NCBI GenBank assembly: GCA_000965745.1
Contig: CP009479.1
Span: forward strand, 160,001 to 224,000
DNA from: an uncultured archaeon
GTDB taxonomy: Archaea; Thermoplasmatota; Thermoplasmata; Thermoplasmatales; Thermoplasmataceae
Reading direction: 5' to 3'
DNA length: 64,000 bases
The position numbers and the translations under genes are program-made. Positions 20,119 through 30,367 of the stretch are shown piece by piece (the stretch's first letter is position 1; each line of letters opens with the position of its first letter). Below the pieces are notes generated by a model that did no database searches, had not been told where the DNA came from, and saw only the letters and a list, made by a program, of their open reading frames with translations.

Positions 20119-21363
20119 TCAGCCCTTTATATGCTCTGAAAGGTAGTTCGCAATATCCGTCACGTCCCTGTCCCTGTTGAGATTTGCATAGCAGATCGGG
20201 CAGGCTGTGACCACCCTCCTGCCACGTCCTGCCTCCAGCTGTTCCCTTCTTCGCTCCGACACGCTGTGAGCAAGTTCAGGGTACAGGAGTTCTGAAGGGC
20301 CTCCGCAGCAGAAGTTGTTTTTTCCACTCCTCCTTGGCTTGTGGACATTTCCCGCCAGTGACAGTGTTTTTTCCGGCTCCCTATAAACCGGCTCACGTAG
20401 TGTGAAGTAGCATGGCTCGTGATATTCAATGTCCTCTTCGCCCGGTTCAAACATCTTATTGTCAAGCAGGTCAAGGTAGTAGACGATCTCAAAGTCGAAA
20501 TTCTTGACCACGCCAGGGTAGTTGTTCTTCAGGACATTGTGAGTGTGGGGGTCGATGGTGATTATCCTCCTCACACCCTCGGACCTGAACAGGTCCGCCA
20601 CTGTGTTGGCATACTCCTTGAACTCCTCCATGTAGCCGAGGTCATAAAGAAATGTTCCCGGATAAGGCTCTTTTTCACCCAGATAGTTGAAATCGGCCCC
20701 GGATTTTCTCAGAAGCGCATAGATGTTCCTGAGGGAGTTCTCCATCTCTTCCCTTGTGGTGCGGTCCTGGAACATTCCGGAAAGCTTGATGAACTGCGGG
20801 TGGGACTTGAAGTACCCGGCGATCCTTTCAGCGGCCCGGTTTCCCAGTTTAGCCTTCATGGCGCCCATGGACTTGCTGAAAGGCATAAGCTGGTACATGT
20901 TGCCGGTGTAGAGGAGAGTTTTCGAAGAGCCGTCAAACTCAAGGCCTTCCGACCAGGACGCAGCCTTTTTCCTCAGTCCCAGCGGGTTACCGTACTTCAT
21001 AGTAGAGTTGACAATCATGGTGGCAACGTTCTTCTTCTGTGATTCAAGGGGTGATCCGGTTGCCGTGATGATCTCCTTTGCGATATCGCTCACTTCACCT
21101 GCATTTACACCCGCAGGGCAAACATGAACGCATGCGAAGCAGTCAAGGCATGAGTAGAACGAGTCGGCAACGTTAACCTCCGTAGCACCCTTCTCCTTCA
21201 GGTCCTTGTAAAGCGCCCTGCCCAATAGCACCCTCCCTCTGGCGCCCCTGCTAAGGTCATAGTCCGATGCAGGGAGCGTCGGGCAGACACTTTCACAGAA
21301 ACCGCAGCTGATGCAGTCTTTAGTCGCATTGTCAAGAGATTCCAGAAGTCTAGCATCAATCAT
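20119..21363 (-). CDS. Fe-S oxidoreductase (GlcF/HdrD-like, 2x[4Fe-4S] plus CCG domain)
   Basis: CISCGFCESVCP, CLDCFACVHVCP, CCGG and TACPIC. Downstream of the GlcD-like gene. Confidence 0.9.
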   Translation of the reverse strand: MIDARLLESLDNATKDCISCGFCESVCPTLPASDYDLSRGARGRVLLGRALYKDLKEKGATEVNVADSFYSCLDCFACVHVCPAGVNAGEVSDIAKEIITATGSPLESQKKNVATMIVNSTMKYGNPLGLRKKAASWSEGLEFDGSSKTLLYTGNMYQLMPFSKSMGAMKAKLGNRAAERIAGYFKSHPQFIKLSGMFQDRTTREEMENSLRNIYALLRKSGADFNYLGEKEPYPGTFLYDLGYMEEFKEYANTVADLFRSEGVRRIITIDPHTHNVLKNNYPGVVKNFDFEIVYYLDLLDNKMFEPGEEDIEYHEPCYFTLREPVYREPEKTLSLAGNVHKPRRSGKNNFCCGGPSELLYPELAHSVSERRREQLEAGRGRRVVTACPICYANLNRDRDVTDIANYLSEHIKG

Positions 21364-21405
21364 GATTCACCCACTCCATTGCATGAGGCATGTATGCAAG
21401 CATTC

Positions 21406-22800
21406 TCATCTCCTCAACAGCTTTCCCCTGTTCAGTATGTCCCCGGGATCGAACACCCTCTTTATCTTCTTCATCAACTCGAGTGTCCCCAGTGAGTGCT
21501 TGCCCTCAAACTCATCTATCAGAAGGTCCATCTTTTCCATTCCTATCCCATGCTCGGCCGATACACTCCCCTGATGCCTGATTGCAATGGCACCGAATTC
21601 TCGCTGGAACTTCTCCACCCGCTCCATCTCGTCTTCGTCTTCAAGATCGGCATATATGTTCGCGTGTATGTTCCCGTCCCCCACGTGCCCAACCAGGCCG
21701 GAGTGTATGCCAAGCTCCTTCATCTTCTCGATGGATTCCTTGAGCGTGTCCGCAAGTTTGCTCGCCGGGACCACAATATCGCCAATTACAACCCTCTGAG
21801 TTGAACGCTCCCTTTCTGTCAGAAGTGAGGCGTATGCCCCCTTCCTCGCCTCATACATGACTTCCATCTCACCACTGTCGGTGGTTGTTGTCACCTCAAT
21901 TGGGCCGAATTTTTTCAGCACGTCAGCGGCTCCCGACAATTCACGCTCAACAGACTCCCTGGTTGAAGCCACATCAATAATAAGCATGTATTCTGCATCC
22001 TGGGGGAACTTCAGCCCCTTGTTCCTGGTGATTGAATTCATTGTCAGCCTGTCAAGGAATTCCGCGATCATTGGCGTTATCCCGAGCCGCTTGAGCTCCG
22101 ATACCGCCTCTCCGACAGACTCTATTGATTTGTAGTATGCCACGGCCCGCCCTTTTGTCTCAGGCAGAGGCCAGATTTTCAGGATTGCCTTTGTTATTAT
22201 TCCCAGGGTACCCTCGGCGCCCACCATCAATGAGGTGAGGTCGTAGCCAGATGTCCTCTTCAGGGTTTTTCCGCCGAACTGCAGTACCTGGCCGTCAGGC
22301 ATGACCACCTCCATTCCAAGTACCCAATTCTTTGTAGTTCCGTACATTGCCGCCCTGAGCCCTCCCGCATTGGTGGACAGGCTTCCGCCTACAGTTGCAG
22401 CCCTTGAACTGGCTGGATCAGGGGGGTAGAAATGCCCGAACTGCTCAAGGTGGTAGTTAAGCTCGTCGAGCCTCACCCCGGGCTCCGCCACCACGTACTT
22501 GTCTTCGACACTAGTCTCAAGAACATGGTCGAACCTGTTCATGCTGATTACTATCCCATTCCCCTTCAGCACCGAGGCTCCGGTGAGGGATGTCCCGCCC
22601 CCTCTTACAACAACGGGCGTTTCAGTCCGGCTGCATACTGCCATGATTTTTGAAACCTCTTCGGCAGTTCCCGGAACTACCACTGCTATTGGCTCATCGC
22701 CTGTGAAATATGATGCGTCTGACAGGAACGGAATTATCTCCTCCTTTGCTGAAAAAACGTGGTTACCTGCAATGCTCCTCAATTCATCTTTTAAGTCCAT
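21406..22800 (-). CDS. glcD: FAD-linked oxidase, GlcD/D-lactate dehydrogenase family
   Basis: RGGGTSLTG, PPDPAS, NAGG, GYDLT, GAEGTLGIIT, GHVGDGNIH and SAEHGIG motifs. Confidence 0.9.
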   Translation of the reverse strand: MDLKDELRSIAGNHVFSAKEEIIPFLSDASYFTGDEPIAVVVPGTAEEVSKIMAVCSRTETPVVVRGGGTSLTGASVLKGNGIVISMNRFDHVLETSVEDKYVVAEPGVRLDELNYHLEQFGHFYPPDPASSRAATVGGSLSTNAGGLRAAMYGTTKNWVLGMEVVMPDGQVLQFGGKTLKRTSGYDLTSLMVGAEGTLGIITKAILKIWPLPETKGRAVAYYKSIESVGEAVSELKRLGITPMIAEFLDRLTMNSITRNKGLKFPQDAEYMLIIDVASTRESVERELSGAADVLKKFGPIEVTTTTDSGEMEVMYEARKGAYASLLTERERSTQRVVIGDIVVPASKLADTLKESIEKMKELGIHSGLVGHVGDGNIHANIYADLEDEDEMERVEKFQREFGAIAIRHQGSVSAEHGIGMEKMDLLIDEFEGKHSLGTLELMKKIKRVFDPGDILNRGKLLRR

Positions 22801-22971
22801 CAGGGATTTTACCTCCTCAAAGCTATCAGTCGCCAGCGTGTACAGGAACTCATGATCCTGCTTTCCAGTGCATTGGGCGACGTTTCTAGACGGATAGTAC
22901 TAAACTGTGTTTCCTGATATTAATCTTGACGGTGCCGTTACCAAAATAACTATTTGCACCATAGGGGTAAC

Positions 22972-23616
22972 ATGAGTGATCGTAATATGGCTGCCTCCGG
23001 TATTCAGATAAGAAACAGTGACAAGAGGATGGAGAAGGTTGGAAAAGCATATGAGGAGTTGATCAGCAATCATGAGGATTTCTTTCCCCATAAGTCAACG
23101 TTCATAGACTGTGGAGCTGGCAGTGGCCTTTTCTCGCTTCTGTGCATTTCCGTGCTCAAGGCGGAGAGAGTCTATGCGTATGAAGGGTACTACAGGAATT
23201 TCAGCCTGCTTCTGGACAACATAACCGAAAACTCGGCATTCAATGTAACGGCAGATGATCACCACATAATGGGGGATACTGGAAGGGAATGGCTGAATGT
23301 TGAATCTGGAGTGGTCAACAGTCTTGGAATAGGTGAAAAGATCCTGGTTGAAACCAGGAAACTTGACGATCTGACCCTGCCCGGCGCAGGCTTCATAAAT
23401 ATAGCAGTCCCCGGAGCTGCAAAGGGCATAATCATGGGAGGCCGCCGGAGAATCGGGAAGGAACAGCCTTCAATGATGGTCGAAATAATGTCTGGAAAAG
23501 AAGAGAGGGAGGTAAGGAAGATTGTGGAGGAGCTTGGGCTCGCCCATGAATTCACCGAGACGATTCAGAGGCTGGAGGGGGCCGAAAGCAGGATACTTTT
23601 CTTTTCTGGCAAATAA
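22972..23616 (+). CDS. FkbM-like SAM-dependent methyltransferase
   Basis: FIDCGAGSGLFS...VYAYE SAM-binding motif and a degenerate KIDVEG-like segment (NIAVPG). Confidence 0.7.
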   Translation: MSDRNMAASGIQIRNSDKRMEKVGKAYEELISNHEDFFPHKSTFIDCGAGSGLFSLLCISVLKAERVYAYEGYYRNFSLLLDNITENSAFNVTADDHHIMGDTGREWLNVESGVVNSLGIGEKILVETRKLDDLTLPGAGFINIAVPGAAKGIIMGGRRRIGKEQPSMMVEIMSGKEEREVRKIVEELGLAHEFTETIQRLEGAESRILFFSGK

Positions 23617-23662
23617 CAGATTTTCATCCTCAGATCGTTGACATTAATCTACTAGATTATAA

Positions 23663-24115
23663 TTGGGTATAAGCATGATAATGGACGAAGAGATGCTCTT
23701 TGATTTCATGTCCCAGTACAAGGTGATCGGGGAGATCGCCTTCGGCGGGACAGGCACACGGGAGGAGGACATACTTGTAGGGTATATCTACGGAGTTCTG
23801 TCGTCGAATCCCGGCAGTACACTTGAAAAAGCGGAAGTAGACTACGAAATGTTTTCCTTCGGCGGATACAAATATATCGTGTGGATGGACGAGATAGACC
23901 ACGAGGATGAAGATGATGAGGCTGAGGAGCCTTTAGAGCCTGTTGAAGAGAATCCATTGGTGAGAATTGAACAGGTCAGAGGTTCTATTGACGATTTTAC
24001 TGACGAAGACCTTGAGGACTTCATGGAAAATGTTGATGATGATCTTTTCCCGGTTGCCGTGGAAGGGCCGCTCTCATCAGATGAAGTAAAGGAAAAATTT
24101 GGGGATGAGTTCTAG
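23663..24115 (+). CDS. highly acidic hypothetical protein
   Basis: About 150-aa ORF, roughly 30% Asp/Glu by hand count. Confidence 0.75.
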   Translation: MGISMIMDEEMLFDFMSQYKVIGEIAFGGTGTREEDILVGYIYGVLSSNPGSTLEKAEVDYEMFSFGGYKYIVWMDEIDHEDEDDEAEEPLEPVEENPLVRIEQVRGSIDDFTDEDLEDFMENVDDDLFPVAVEGPLSSDEVKEKFGDEF

Positions 24116-24119
24116 AAAA

Positions 24120-24458
24120 TTATGATTTCCTGAATTCAGCTATTGCGTTTTCAAGGATGATCATGTGCATTGCCGCCGGGCCTCCGCCAAGTGCGGTAGC
24201 AACATAGCCGGATTCACGCAGTTCCTTTTCGGTTGCCTCAGCCTCGAGCGCCTGCCTTACATGATAAACAATGCACCACTCGCACTGCTGGACTATCGAT
24301 ACTGCAACCGCCATAAGTTCCTTGTTTTTCTGGGATATGGCGTCCCCCTTGAACATCTCCTGGTTGAAGGCCATGAATTTCTCGTTGTAGGAGGGCATGT
24401 GGGTTCCCATGTCCTGGAACTGTTTCCCGATCTCCTGCATTCTTTGAGTCGCTGTCAC
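24120..24458 (-). CDS. carboxymuconolactone decarboxylase/AhpD family protein
   Basis: KELMAVAVS...CEWCIVYH motif. GGAGG SD. Directly downstream of the peroxiredoxin. Confidence 0.9.
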   Translation of the reverse strand: MTATQRMQEIGKQFQDMGTHMPSYNEKFMAFNQEMFKGDAISQKNKELMAVAVSIVQQCEWCIVYHVRQALEAEATEKELRESGYVATALGGGPAAMHMIILENAIAEFRKS

Positions 24459-24469
24459 TATTATTCCTC

Positions 24470-25084
24470 CTAAGCCTTAGCCCTCTTGAGGTACCATCTC
24501 TCGGCACCCTCTTCCTTCTCCCTGACCAGTGCTGCCTCGAAGGTGTTAGGCGCACCGACGATTCCCTTGTCTCCGGGTTCCCAGTTCACGGGAGTTGCGA
24601 GCTTGCTGTCCCAGTTGAACTGGAACGCCTTGATCACCCTTATGATCTCGTTGATGTTCCTCCCGATCTCAGCGGGATAGTAGATCATCCATCTCACTGT
24701 CTGGTTCGGGTCTATTATGAAGACGCCCCTGACTGTGACACCGCTCTTTGGATCGTACAGGTTGTACGCGTCCGCCACTTCCTTCTCTATGTCTGCTATT
24801 ACCGGGAAGGGTATCTCTACACCGTACTTCTCCTTGATGTCCTTGAGCCAGGCGATGTGCGAGTATATGCTGTCAACACTCAGTCCGATGAGTTCTACTC
24901 CGAGCTTCCTGAATTCATCGTACCTCTCAGCAAATCCCATGAATTCTGTCGTGCACACGGGCGTGAAGTCCGCCGGGTGTGAGAAGAGAAGTACCCACTT
25001 TCCCTTGAGGTCCGAGAACGTCATTGGCCCTTTGGTCGTATTTACGGTAAAATCCGGTGCTTTCATTCCTAGATAGACTGCCAT
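24470..25084 (-). CDS. peroxiredoxin (Prx6/1-Cys type)
   Basis: SHPADFTPVCTTE, GLSVDS and YYPAEIGRN. GGAG SD before ATG 25084. Confidence 0.95.
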   Translation of the reverse strand: MAVYLGMKAPDFTVNTTKGPMTFSDLKGKWVLLFSHPADFTPVCTTEFMGFAERYDEFRKLGVELIGLSVDSIYSHIAWLKDIKEKYGVEIPFPVIADIEKEVADAYNLYDPKSGVTVRGVFIIDPNQTVRWMIYYPAEIGRNINEIIRVIKAFQFNWDSKLATPVNWEPGDKGIVGAPNTFEAALVREKEEGAERWYLKRAKA

Positions 25085-25133
25085 TATTATCTCCTGCATA
25101 GAGGATACCGGCATTGGGTTAGACAGTTGGCAC

Positions 25134-25152
25134 GTGTGCATTATTTGCACAC
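25134..25152. promoter_or_regulatory. perfect 7-5-7 inverted repeat, candidate operator of the prx-ahpD operon
   Basis: GTGTGCA-TTATT-TGCACAC lies just downstream of a TTTATTA box on the minus strand. Confidence 0.5.
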
Positions 25153-25182
25153 ATAGCAAATAATAAATGAGAGGAGATCAGG

Positions 25183-25410
25183 TCACTTCAATTTGACACA
25201 GTAGAACCTTTTTCTTGTGTCGGATAAGCAAATCCTTGTCTCTATGAAATCCATCTCTCCGAGAATTTTCAGTGCATACATAAGGGCCCTTCTTGAAAGA
25301 CCGGATTCGTTCTTCAGCCTGTTGAGGTCGCATATCTTCACTTCCTGAAGAATCCTCAAAACGAGCTTGGCTGAAGGGGGCATCTCCCTTATGGCCTCTA
25401 GCGATTCCAT
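25183..25410 (-). CDS. small winged-helix DNA-binding protein
   Basis: MPPSAKLVLRIL...SGLSRRALMYALKIL...DTRKRFY fits an archaeal MarR/ArsR-like wHTH. Confidence 0.85.
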   Translation of the reverse strand: MESLEAIREMPPSAKLVLRILQEVKICDLNRLKNESGLSRRALMYALKILGEMDFIETRICLSDTRKRFYCVKLK

Positions 25411-25563
25411 GGATCAAAAGTGTATAGATAAATTTAAATCATTCGTAAGGACGATAAATACAACATGAGATGAGATGAAACCGGAAACATCAAAATATCT
25501 GTGTTTCTGTCACGAGAGCTACGTCATAAACCTTATTTATTCTCTTTCATTTGTTATGACCAG

Positions 25564-26541
25564 ATGTCTTCGCTCCTTGATAATTATGGTAGGCCGGTAA
25601 AGAGCATGAGGGTTCAGGTGAATACCACGTGCAACTTCAAGTGCTTTTTCTGCCACATGGAGGGGACAGGCGTACATTCAGCATCCATGTCCCCAGAAGA
25701 GATAGAAAAAGTAGTCAAGGTGGCGTCAAAATGGGGCGTAAACAAAATAAAATTCACTGGCGGCGAGCCCACATTAAGAAGCGATATTGTTGAAATCGTT
25801 GAAAGAACCAGGAAGCACATTTCCGGAAACATTTCAATGACAACCAATGGGGTTATGCTGCCCAAGCTGGCAGAGAGGCTCAAGAAAGCAGGCCTTGATC
25901 GCGTTAACATATCAATGCACTCAATCGACAGGGAGGGATTTGAGTTCATAACAGGAACCGATTTTCTCGACAAGGTCATAGAAGGGATCAGGGCTGCAAA
26001 GAAAGCCGGCCTCTTTCCGATAAAGATCAATTTTGTTGTCCTGAAGGATGTAAACATTGACCAGATACCGAAGATGATAGAGCTAGCTGCAAAAGAGGAT
26101 GTGATCCTTCAGCTCATTGAGTTTGAGACAACACGGGAAGGGGAAGATTCCGATGAGTTCCTCAAGTACCACATGCCGCTGGAAGGCATAGAAAGAGAGG
26201 TGTCAAAGTCCTCTTTCAAGGTGGTGAAGAATGAGCTGCACAACAGGCCAAAATACTCAATGGAAACTGAAGACGGCATCGCCGAGGTGGAATTTGTAAA
26301 GCCCATGAGGAACGCAGATTTCTGCAGCCACTGCACAAGGATGAGGCTTACGTCCACGGGCCTGCTTAAGCCATGCCTCATGAGGGATGACAATTACACC
26401 AACATGATCGCCGGGATCAGGAACAGGAAAGATGATGGCTACCTTGATGATGTATTCATAAAAGCAGTCAAGAAGCGGGAACCATACTGGAAGCCGGAGG
26501 ATGAAATTGAAGGTAAAGATAAGATACTTCGCACTGTATAG
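25564..26541 (+). CDS. moaA: GTP 3',8-cyclase
   Basis: [24 protein letters not shown] and [10 protein letters not shown]...PCL motifs. Confidence 0.96.
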   Translation: MSSLLDNYGRPVKSMRVQVNTTCNFKCFFCHMEGTGVHSASMSPEEIEKVVKVASKWGVNKIKFTGGEPTLRSDIVEIVERTRKHISGNISMTTNGVMLPKLAERLKKAGLDRVNISMHSIDREGFEFITGTDFLDKVIEGIRAAKKAGLFPIKINFVVLKDVNIDQIPKMIELAAKEDVILQLIEFETTREGEDSDEFLKYHMPLEGIEREVSKSSFKVVKNELHNRPKYSMETEDGIAEVEFVKPMRNADFCSHCTRMRLTSTGLLKPCLMRDDNYTNMIAGIRNRKDDGYLDDVFIKAVKKREPYWKPEDEIEGKDKILRTV

Positions 26542-26752
26542 AGACCTTTCAGGAAAGTCTGATGAGACAATGGACCTGAAAGACGGTTCAACCCTTGATT
26601 CACTCCTTGATGAGGTCAGGGAGTCTCACCCGATATTCAGAAAGCAGTCCGGGGAGTTCCTTCTGGCAGTCAATGAAGAGTATGCGGCGCCTGAGACTGT
26701 CCTGAAAGACGGTGATGAAGTTGCTATTTTCCCGAACGTAAGCGGGGGATAG
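26501..26752 (+). CDS. moaD: sulfur carrier MoaD/SAMP (ubiquitin-like)
   Basis: Beta-grasp pattern, AVNEEY and C-terminal VSGG. Confidence 0.93.
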   Translation: MKLKVKIRYFALYRDLSGKSDETMDLKDGSTLDSLLDEVRESHPIFRKQSGEFLLAVNEEYAAPETVLKDGDEVAIFPNVSGG

Positions 26753-26756
26753 GCGG

Positions 26757-27308
26757 TTATTTTTTCAGTATCTTCAGGCTCTCGAGGTCCTCCTTGTAGT
26801 TTATGTTAAAGAAGGAGTTCTCGTATACTGCCCCAATGAGGACAGTGTCGTGCCTGCAGGACCTTATCAGTCCCCTCAGGCTTTTGCACCCGGATTCCCT
26901 GTATTCCCCGAGAGCCGCAGCCATTGTTGAATTGTAAATTCCATGCAGAGGCTCGATCCGCCCGTCTGAATGCACCGGGAACAGCGGATAGCCCCTGTAC
27001 ATTGAGAGCATCTCCCTTATGAAGTCCCGGCTGATCAGCGGCATGTCACCCGCCGCCACAAACACTTCCCCGAATGATTCCAGCAATGAGGCTATTGAAT
27101 CCAGTGCCGTACCCGAAGCGGTGTCGCGAAGTATCCGTGCCCCCTCAGCTTTTACATCTGGGTCCTTCGTGAAGACCACAACGTCATCAAAAGTGCCAGC
27201 GGCGAGAAGGGCACTCACTACGGTGCCGATAAGTGTGCCCCCGTCAATCCTGCACATATGCTTTCCGGGAAAACGCCCACTCCTCTTGGCAAGTACTGCA
27301 GCGATCAT
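26757..27308 (-). CDS. mobA: molybdenum cofactor guanylyltransferase
   Basis: SGRFPGKH, AGDMPL, EPLHGIY and FFNIN..EDL motifs. Confidence 0.88.
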   Translation of the reverse strand: MIAAVLAKRSGRFPGKHMCRIDGGTLIGTVVSALLAAGTFDDVVVFTKDPDVKAEGARILRDTASGTALDSIASLLESFGEVFVAAGDMPLISRDFIREMLSMYRGYPLFPVHSDGRIEPLHGIYNSTMAAALGEYRESGCKSLRGLIRSCRHDTVLIGAVYENSFFNINYKEDLESLKILKK

Positions 27309-27503
27309 ACCCAAACCACGACTGAAAAATATCTCAAAAAGGTATTTGAAATGATGCAATCATTGGAAATGGTGAGATATCCGGTGTGGATAACCCATTG
27401 AAAAATTCAGTGTTGCTGAAAGCATCAGGCAGGGAGAAAAGTTTATTTTAGCACTCGCCGAATAGCACCAGGTGAGGCAGTATGATGAAGAGAGGGGGTT
27501 GCC

Positions 27504-28361
27504 TTGAGCAAAACGGGAAAGGCGCCCGACGGAAGATCGACCGTTGAAGTCAGCATCATGGCGTTCGTGGAACGAAATATGCCACGTGGTGCGAGGGATG
27601 AGCTGACAGTCGAGGAACCCATGGAAATAAGGATCTGCAGGGAAGGGATGGCAGACTGCAGGACCATCTCAGTTACGATGAGAACTCCCGGCAGGGATGT
27701 GGAGCTTTCCGCCGGGTTCCTTTTCACAGAAGGGATCATAAAGAGTGTTGAAGACATTTTATCCATAGGGCATCCAGGTCCGGACGATCCAAACAGCAGG
27801 AACGCGGTTGAGGCCAGCATTTCGGATGAGCGGTACAGGGAGAGTTCGGGTTACACCAGAAGCTTTAATGCCAATTCCAGCTGTGGTGTCTGCGGCAAGA
27901 GCAACATAAACGAGATATTCCTGAAAGGAAGAAAAGTCATCAGGAGCACCCTTTCTGTTTCAGCATCGACAATATTGTCACTTCCGGGAATAATGACAGG
28001 GGAGCAGGCAATTTTCTCAAAAACCGGTGGGGCACATGCTGCGGCCCTTTTCAGCGTGGAAGGCAAATTGCTGGCCGTGGAGGAGGATGTCGGAAGGCAT
28101 AATGCAGTTGACAAGGCGATAGGAAAGTTGCTCCTCGGCAAACTCGCGGACCCTTCAGGCTGCATATTGCAGGCCAGTGGACGGGCCGGATTCGAGATAG
28201 TTCAGAAGGCCATAGTGGCCGGCATCCCGGTCATAAGCTCAGTCTCCGCTCCCACATCGCTCGCGGTTGAGGCTGCGGAGGCATTCAATGCCACCGTAAT
28301 CGGCTTTGCAAGGAATGGCAGGTTCAATGTTTACACACACAGTGAAAGGGTCGTTCCGTGA
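27504..28361 (+). CDS. fdhD: formate dehydrogenase accessory sulfurtransferase
   Basis: MRTPG, SSCGVCGK, TGGAHAA, EDVGRHNAVDK and SGRAGFEIVQK motifs. Confidence 0.95.
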   Translation: MSKTGKAPDGRSTVEVSIMAFVERNMPRGARDELTVEEPMEIRICREGMADCRTISVTMRTPGRDVELSAGFLFTEGIIKSVEDILSIGHPGPDDPNSRNAVEASISDERYRESSGYTRSFNANSSCGVCGKSNINEIFLKGRKVIRSTLSVSASTILSLPGIMTGEQAIFSKTGGAHAAALFSVEGKLLAVEEDVGRHNAVDKAIGKLLLGKLADPSGCILQASGRAGFEIVQKAIVAGIPVISSVSAPTSLAVEAAEAFNATVIGFARNGRFNVYTHSERVVP

Positions 28362-28534
28362 AAGTATAGTTTCAGTGATTCAGGTAACCGGATACATTTT
28401 GAAGATTTCAACAACTTCCATGATTGGAAACAAGAAGAGTCCAGGCCTGCAGTTCCATAGGGTGCAGTCCGTGCTGCGCCCTGATGCATTCGGCCATGGG
28501 GATTTTCAGGCTTATGCGGCCAAAACGGCCTGCA

Positions 28535-30367
28535 TCATTCCATGAGCCGCTCAATGAACTTCATTTCAGCAAGCCGATCCTCTCTGCATATCACATGATA
28601 ATAATACGTTCCCAGGGGGGAAAAATTCAGCTTGTATTTTTCGGCGGTCTCATAGTTTGAAATGCCTGCAACGTAATAGCCCTCGGCGACCGCATATGAT
28701 ACCGAGTTGAAGTTTCCGACCTCAGCAGTCAGGCCATAGAACTCGTCCTGTGAAATGCCCGATGATTCTGCAAGTCCGTCAAGCATCTGGTATGCCCCTT
28801 CTCCACTGCCCGGTATTGCTATGGCACTTCCCGTGTCGATGAGCGATTTGAGTTTTGAGGCCCCTTCAGAGACGGGTTCCCTTGAAACTATCCCTATATC
28901 CTTTTTTGTCTTCCATATGCCGGCCAATCCGGAACCGCTTTCATCCGGAGCATACACTGGCAAATCTGCAGCTTCCGACCCCGTAATGATTCCCGCGGCA
29001 TCTGCGTACCCTTTCAGTACGGAGTTCAGGGCCACGTGGTGCCCGGTCTTGATTACTTTAAGCCTGTTATCCGCTGCGAGCCTGTCCAGGGATTCATCAT
29101 TCTCTCCAGTTACTACATACTGTGAATCTTCCACGCTCCTTCCGAACAGGACTATCTTCACACTTTCGCCTTCTTCGACCGTTCTCGTGTCCCCCTCCAC
29201 TGAAATGTAACCGTCTGCCCTGAGCAATCTCGATATAGAGCCTGAGCCGCCATGGATTGGAAATGCAATGACCCTGTCCCTCCTGACCACCGAAACAGGG
29301 ATGAGGTTCAGTTTTCCAAGGTCAAGGCTGAACTTTCCGGCGAGTTCCCCCTCAATGTATCGGTCCTCGGACCTGAGGCCGGCCTCCCTCAGTATCTGCG
29401 GGAAGAATATGGTGAGGAACGTCATCATTGCAGACACCGGGAACCCCGGAAGGCCAATGATGATCTTGTCCCCTTTCCGGGAAAGCAGGGTCGGTTTCCC
29501 CGGCTTGATCTTTATTCCATGGAAAACTATGCCCGGGTCATACTCGCCGAGTATCCTGTACACCATATCCTTTTCCCCGGCAGATGTGCTGCCTGAAACA
29601 ATCAGGATGTCATTTTCCTCGCTGTACGAGTTGAGGCTTGACCTTATCAGGTCCTCCCTGTCAGGCAGGGTTCCGTAAAGGGTTATGTCGAACGCAGGCC
29701 CTTCGGACTCTATGATCGATTTTATTGCCCTACCGTTAGACTCGTAAATCCTGCCCTTTTCAAGTGCTTCGCCCGGCTGAATCAGCTCGTCGCCGGTTGA
29801 GACTATTCCAATCTTCATCTTCCTGATGACCTCAACCTCACTGATCCCTAGTGTCGAAATCACAGCCAGCTCCCTTGGGCCTATACGGGCACCCTTTCTT
29901 ACGATAAGTTCGCCTTCCGGCACATCCGAGCCTGCCAGCGCTATGTTCTCGCCCTTCCTGACAGGCCTGTACACCCTCAAGGTGCCTTCATCCTCGTGGG
30001 TGTATTCAACCATTACAACCGCGTCAGCCCCTTCGGGCATGACCGCTCCAGTGGGAATGTAAACACAGGTCCCCGGCTCCACCTTTGCCGCCGGAGGGCT
30101 GCCCATAAGGATCCTTCCTGAGACCTTCAGTTCAGAGGGGCTGCTCTCCGAAGTGTCCTCAAGGTCTTCCGATCTCACTGCAAAGCCGTCCTTTACCGAC
30201 CTGTTGAATGGAGGGGAGTTTATTGGGGATATTATGCCGGATGCGAGAACCCTTCCAAGGGATTCGTCAAGCGATATACGCTCCGGAGGGAGTGAAAGAA
30301 CAATATTTTCAGAAGCAAGCCTCTTTGCATTTTCCGTATCGATAAGGCTGTGGAAAATATGGGCCAT
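28535..30367 (-). CDS. moeA: molybdopterin molybdotransferase MoeA with C-terminal PBP-like domain
   Basis: PPFNRSVKDGFA, PTGAVMPEGADAVVMVE, STGDEL and KPGKP...LPGFP, plus about 200 aa of C-terminal extension. Confidence 0.92.
   Translation of the reverse strand: MAHIFHSLIDTENAKRLASENIVLSLPPERISLDESLGRVLASGIISPINSPPFNRSVKDGFAVRSEDLEDTSESSPSELKVSGRILMGSPPAAKVEPGTCVYIPTGAVMPEGADAVVMVEYTHEDEGTLRVYRPVRKGENIALAGSDVPEGELIVRKGARIGPRELAVISTLGISEVEVIRKMKIGIVSTGDELIQPGEALEKGRIYESNGRAIKSIIESEGPAFDITLYGTLPDREDLIRSSLNSYSEENDILIVSGSTSAGEKDMVYRILGEYDPGIVFHGIKIKPGKPTLLSRKGDKIIIGLPGFPVSAMMTFLTIFFPQILREAGLRSEDRYIEGELAGKFSLDLGKLNLIPVSVVRRDRVIAFPIHGGSGSISRLLRADGYISVEGDTRTVEEGESVKIVLFGRSVEDSQYVVTGENDESLDRLAADNRLKVIKTGHHVALNSVLKGYADAAGIITGSEAADLPVYAPDESGSGLAGIWKTKKDIGIVSREPVSEGASKLKSLIDTGSAIAIPGSGEGAYQMLDGLAESSGISQDEFYGLTAEVGNFNSVSYAVAEGYYVAGISNYETAEKYKLNFSPLGTYYYHVICREDRLAEMKFIERLME

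Noticed and set aside
27350-27430. C/D-box sRNA or Moco riboswitch between mobA and fdhD
   Set aside because: The C box is imperfect (ATGATGC), there are no clear C'/D' boxes and no Moco motif features.
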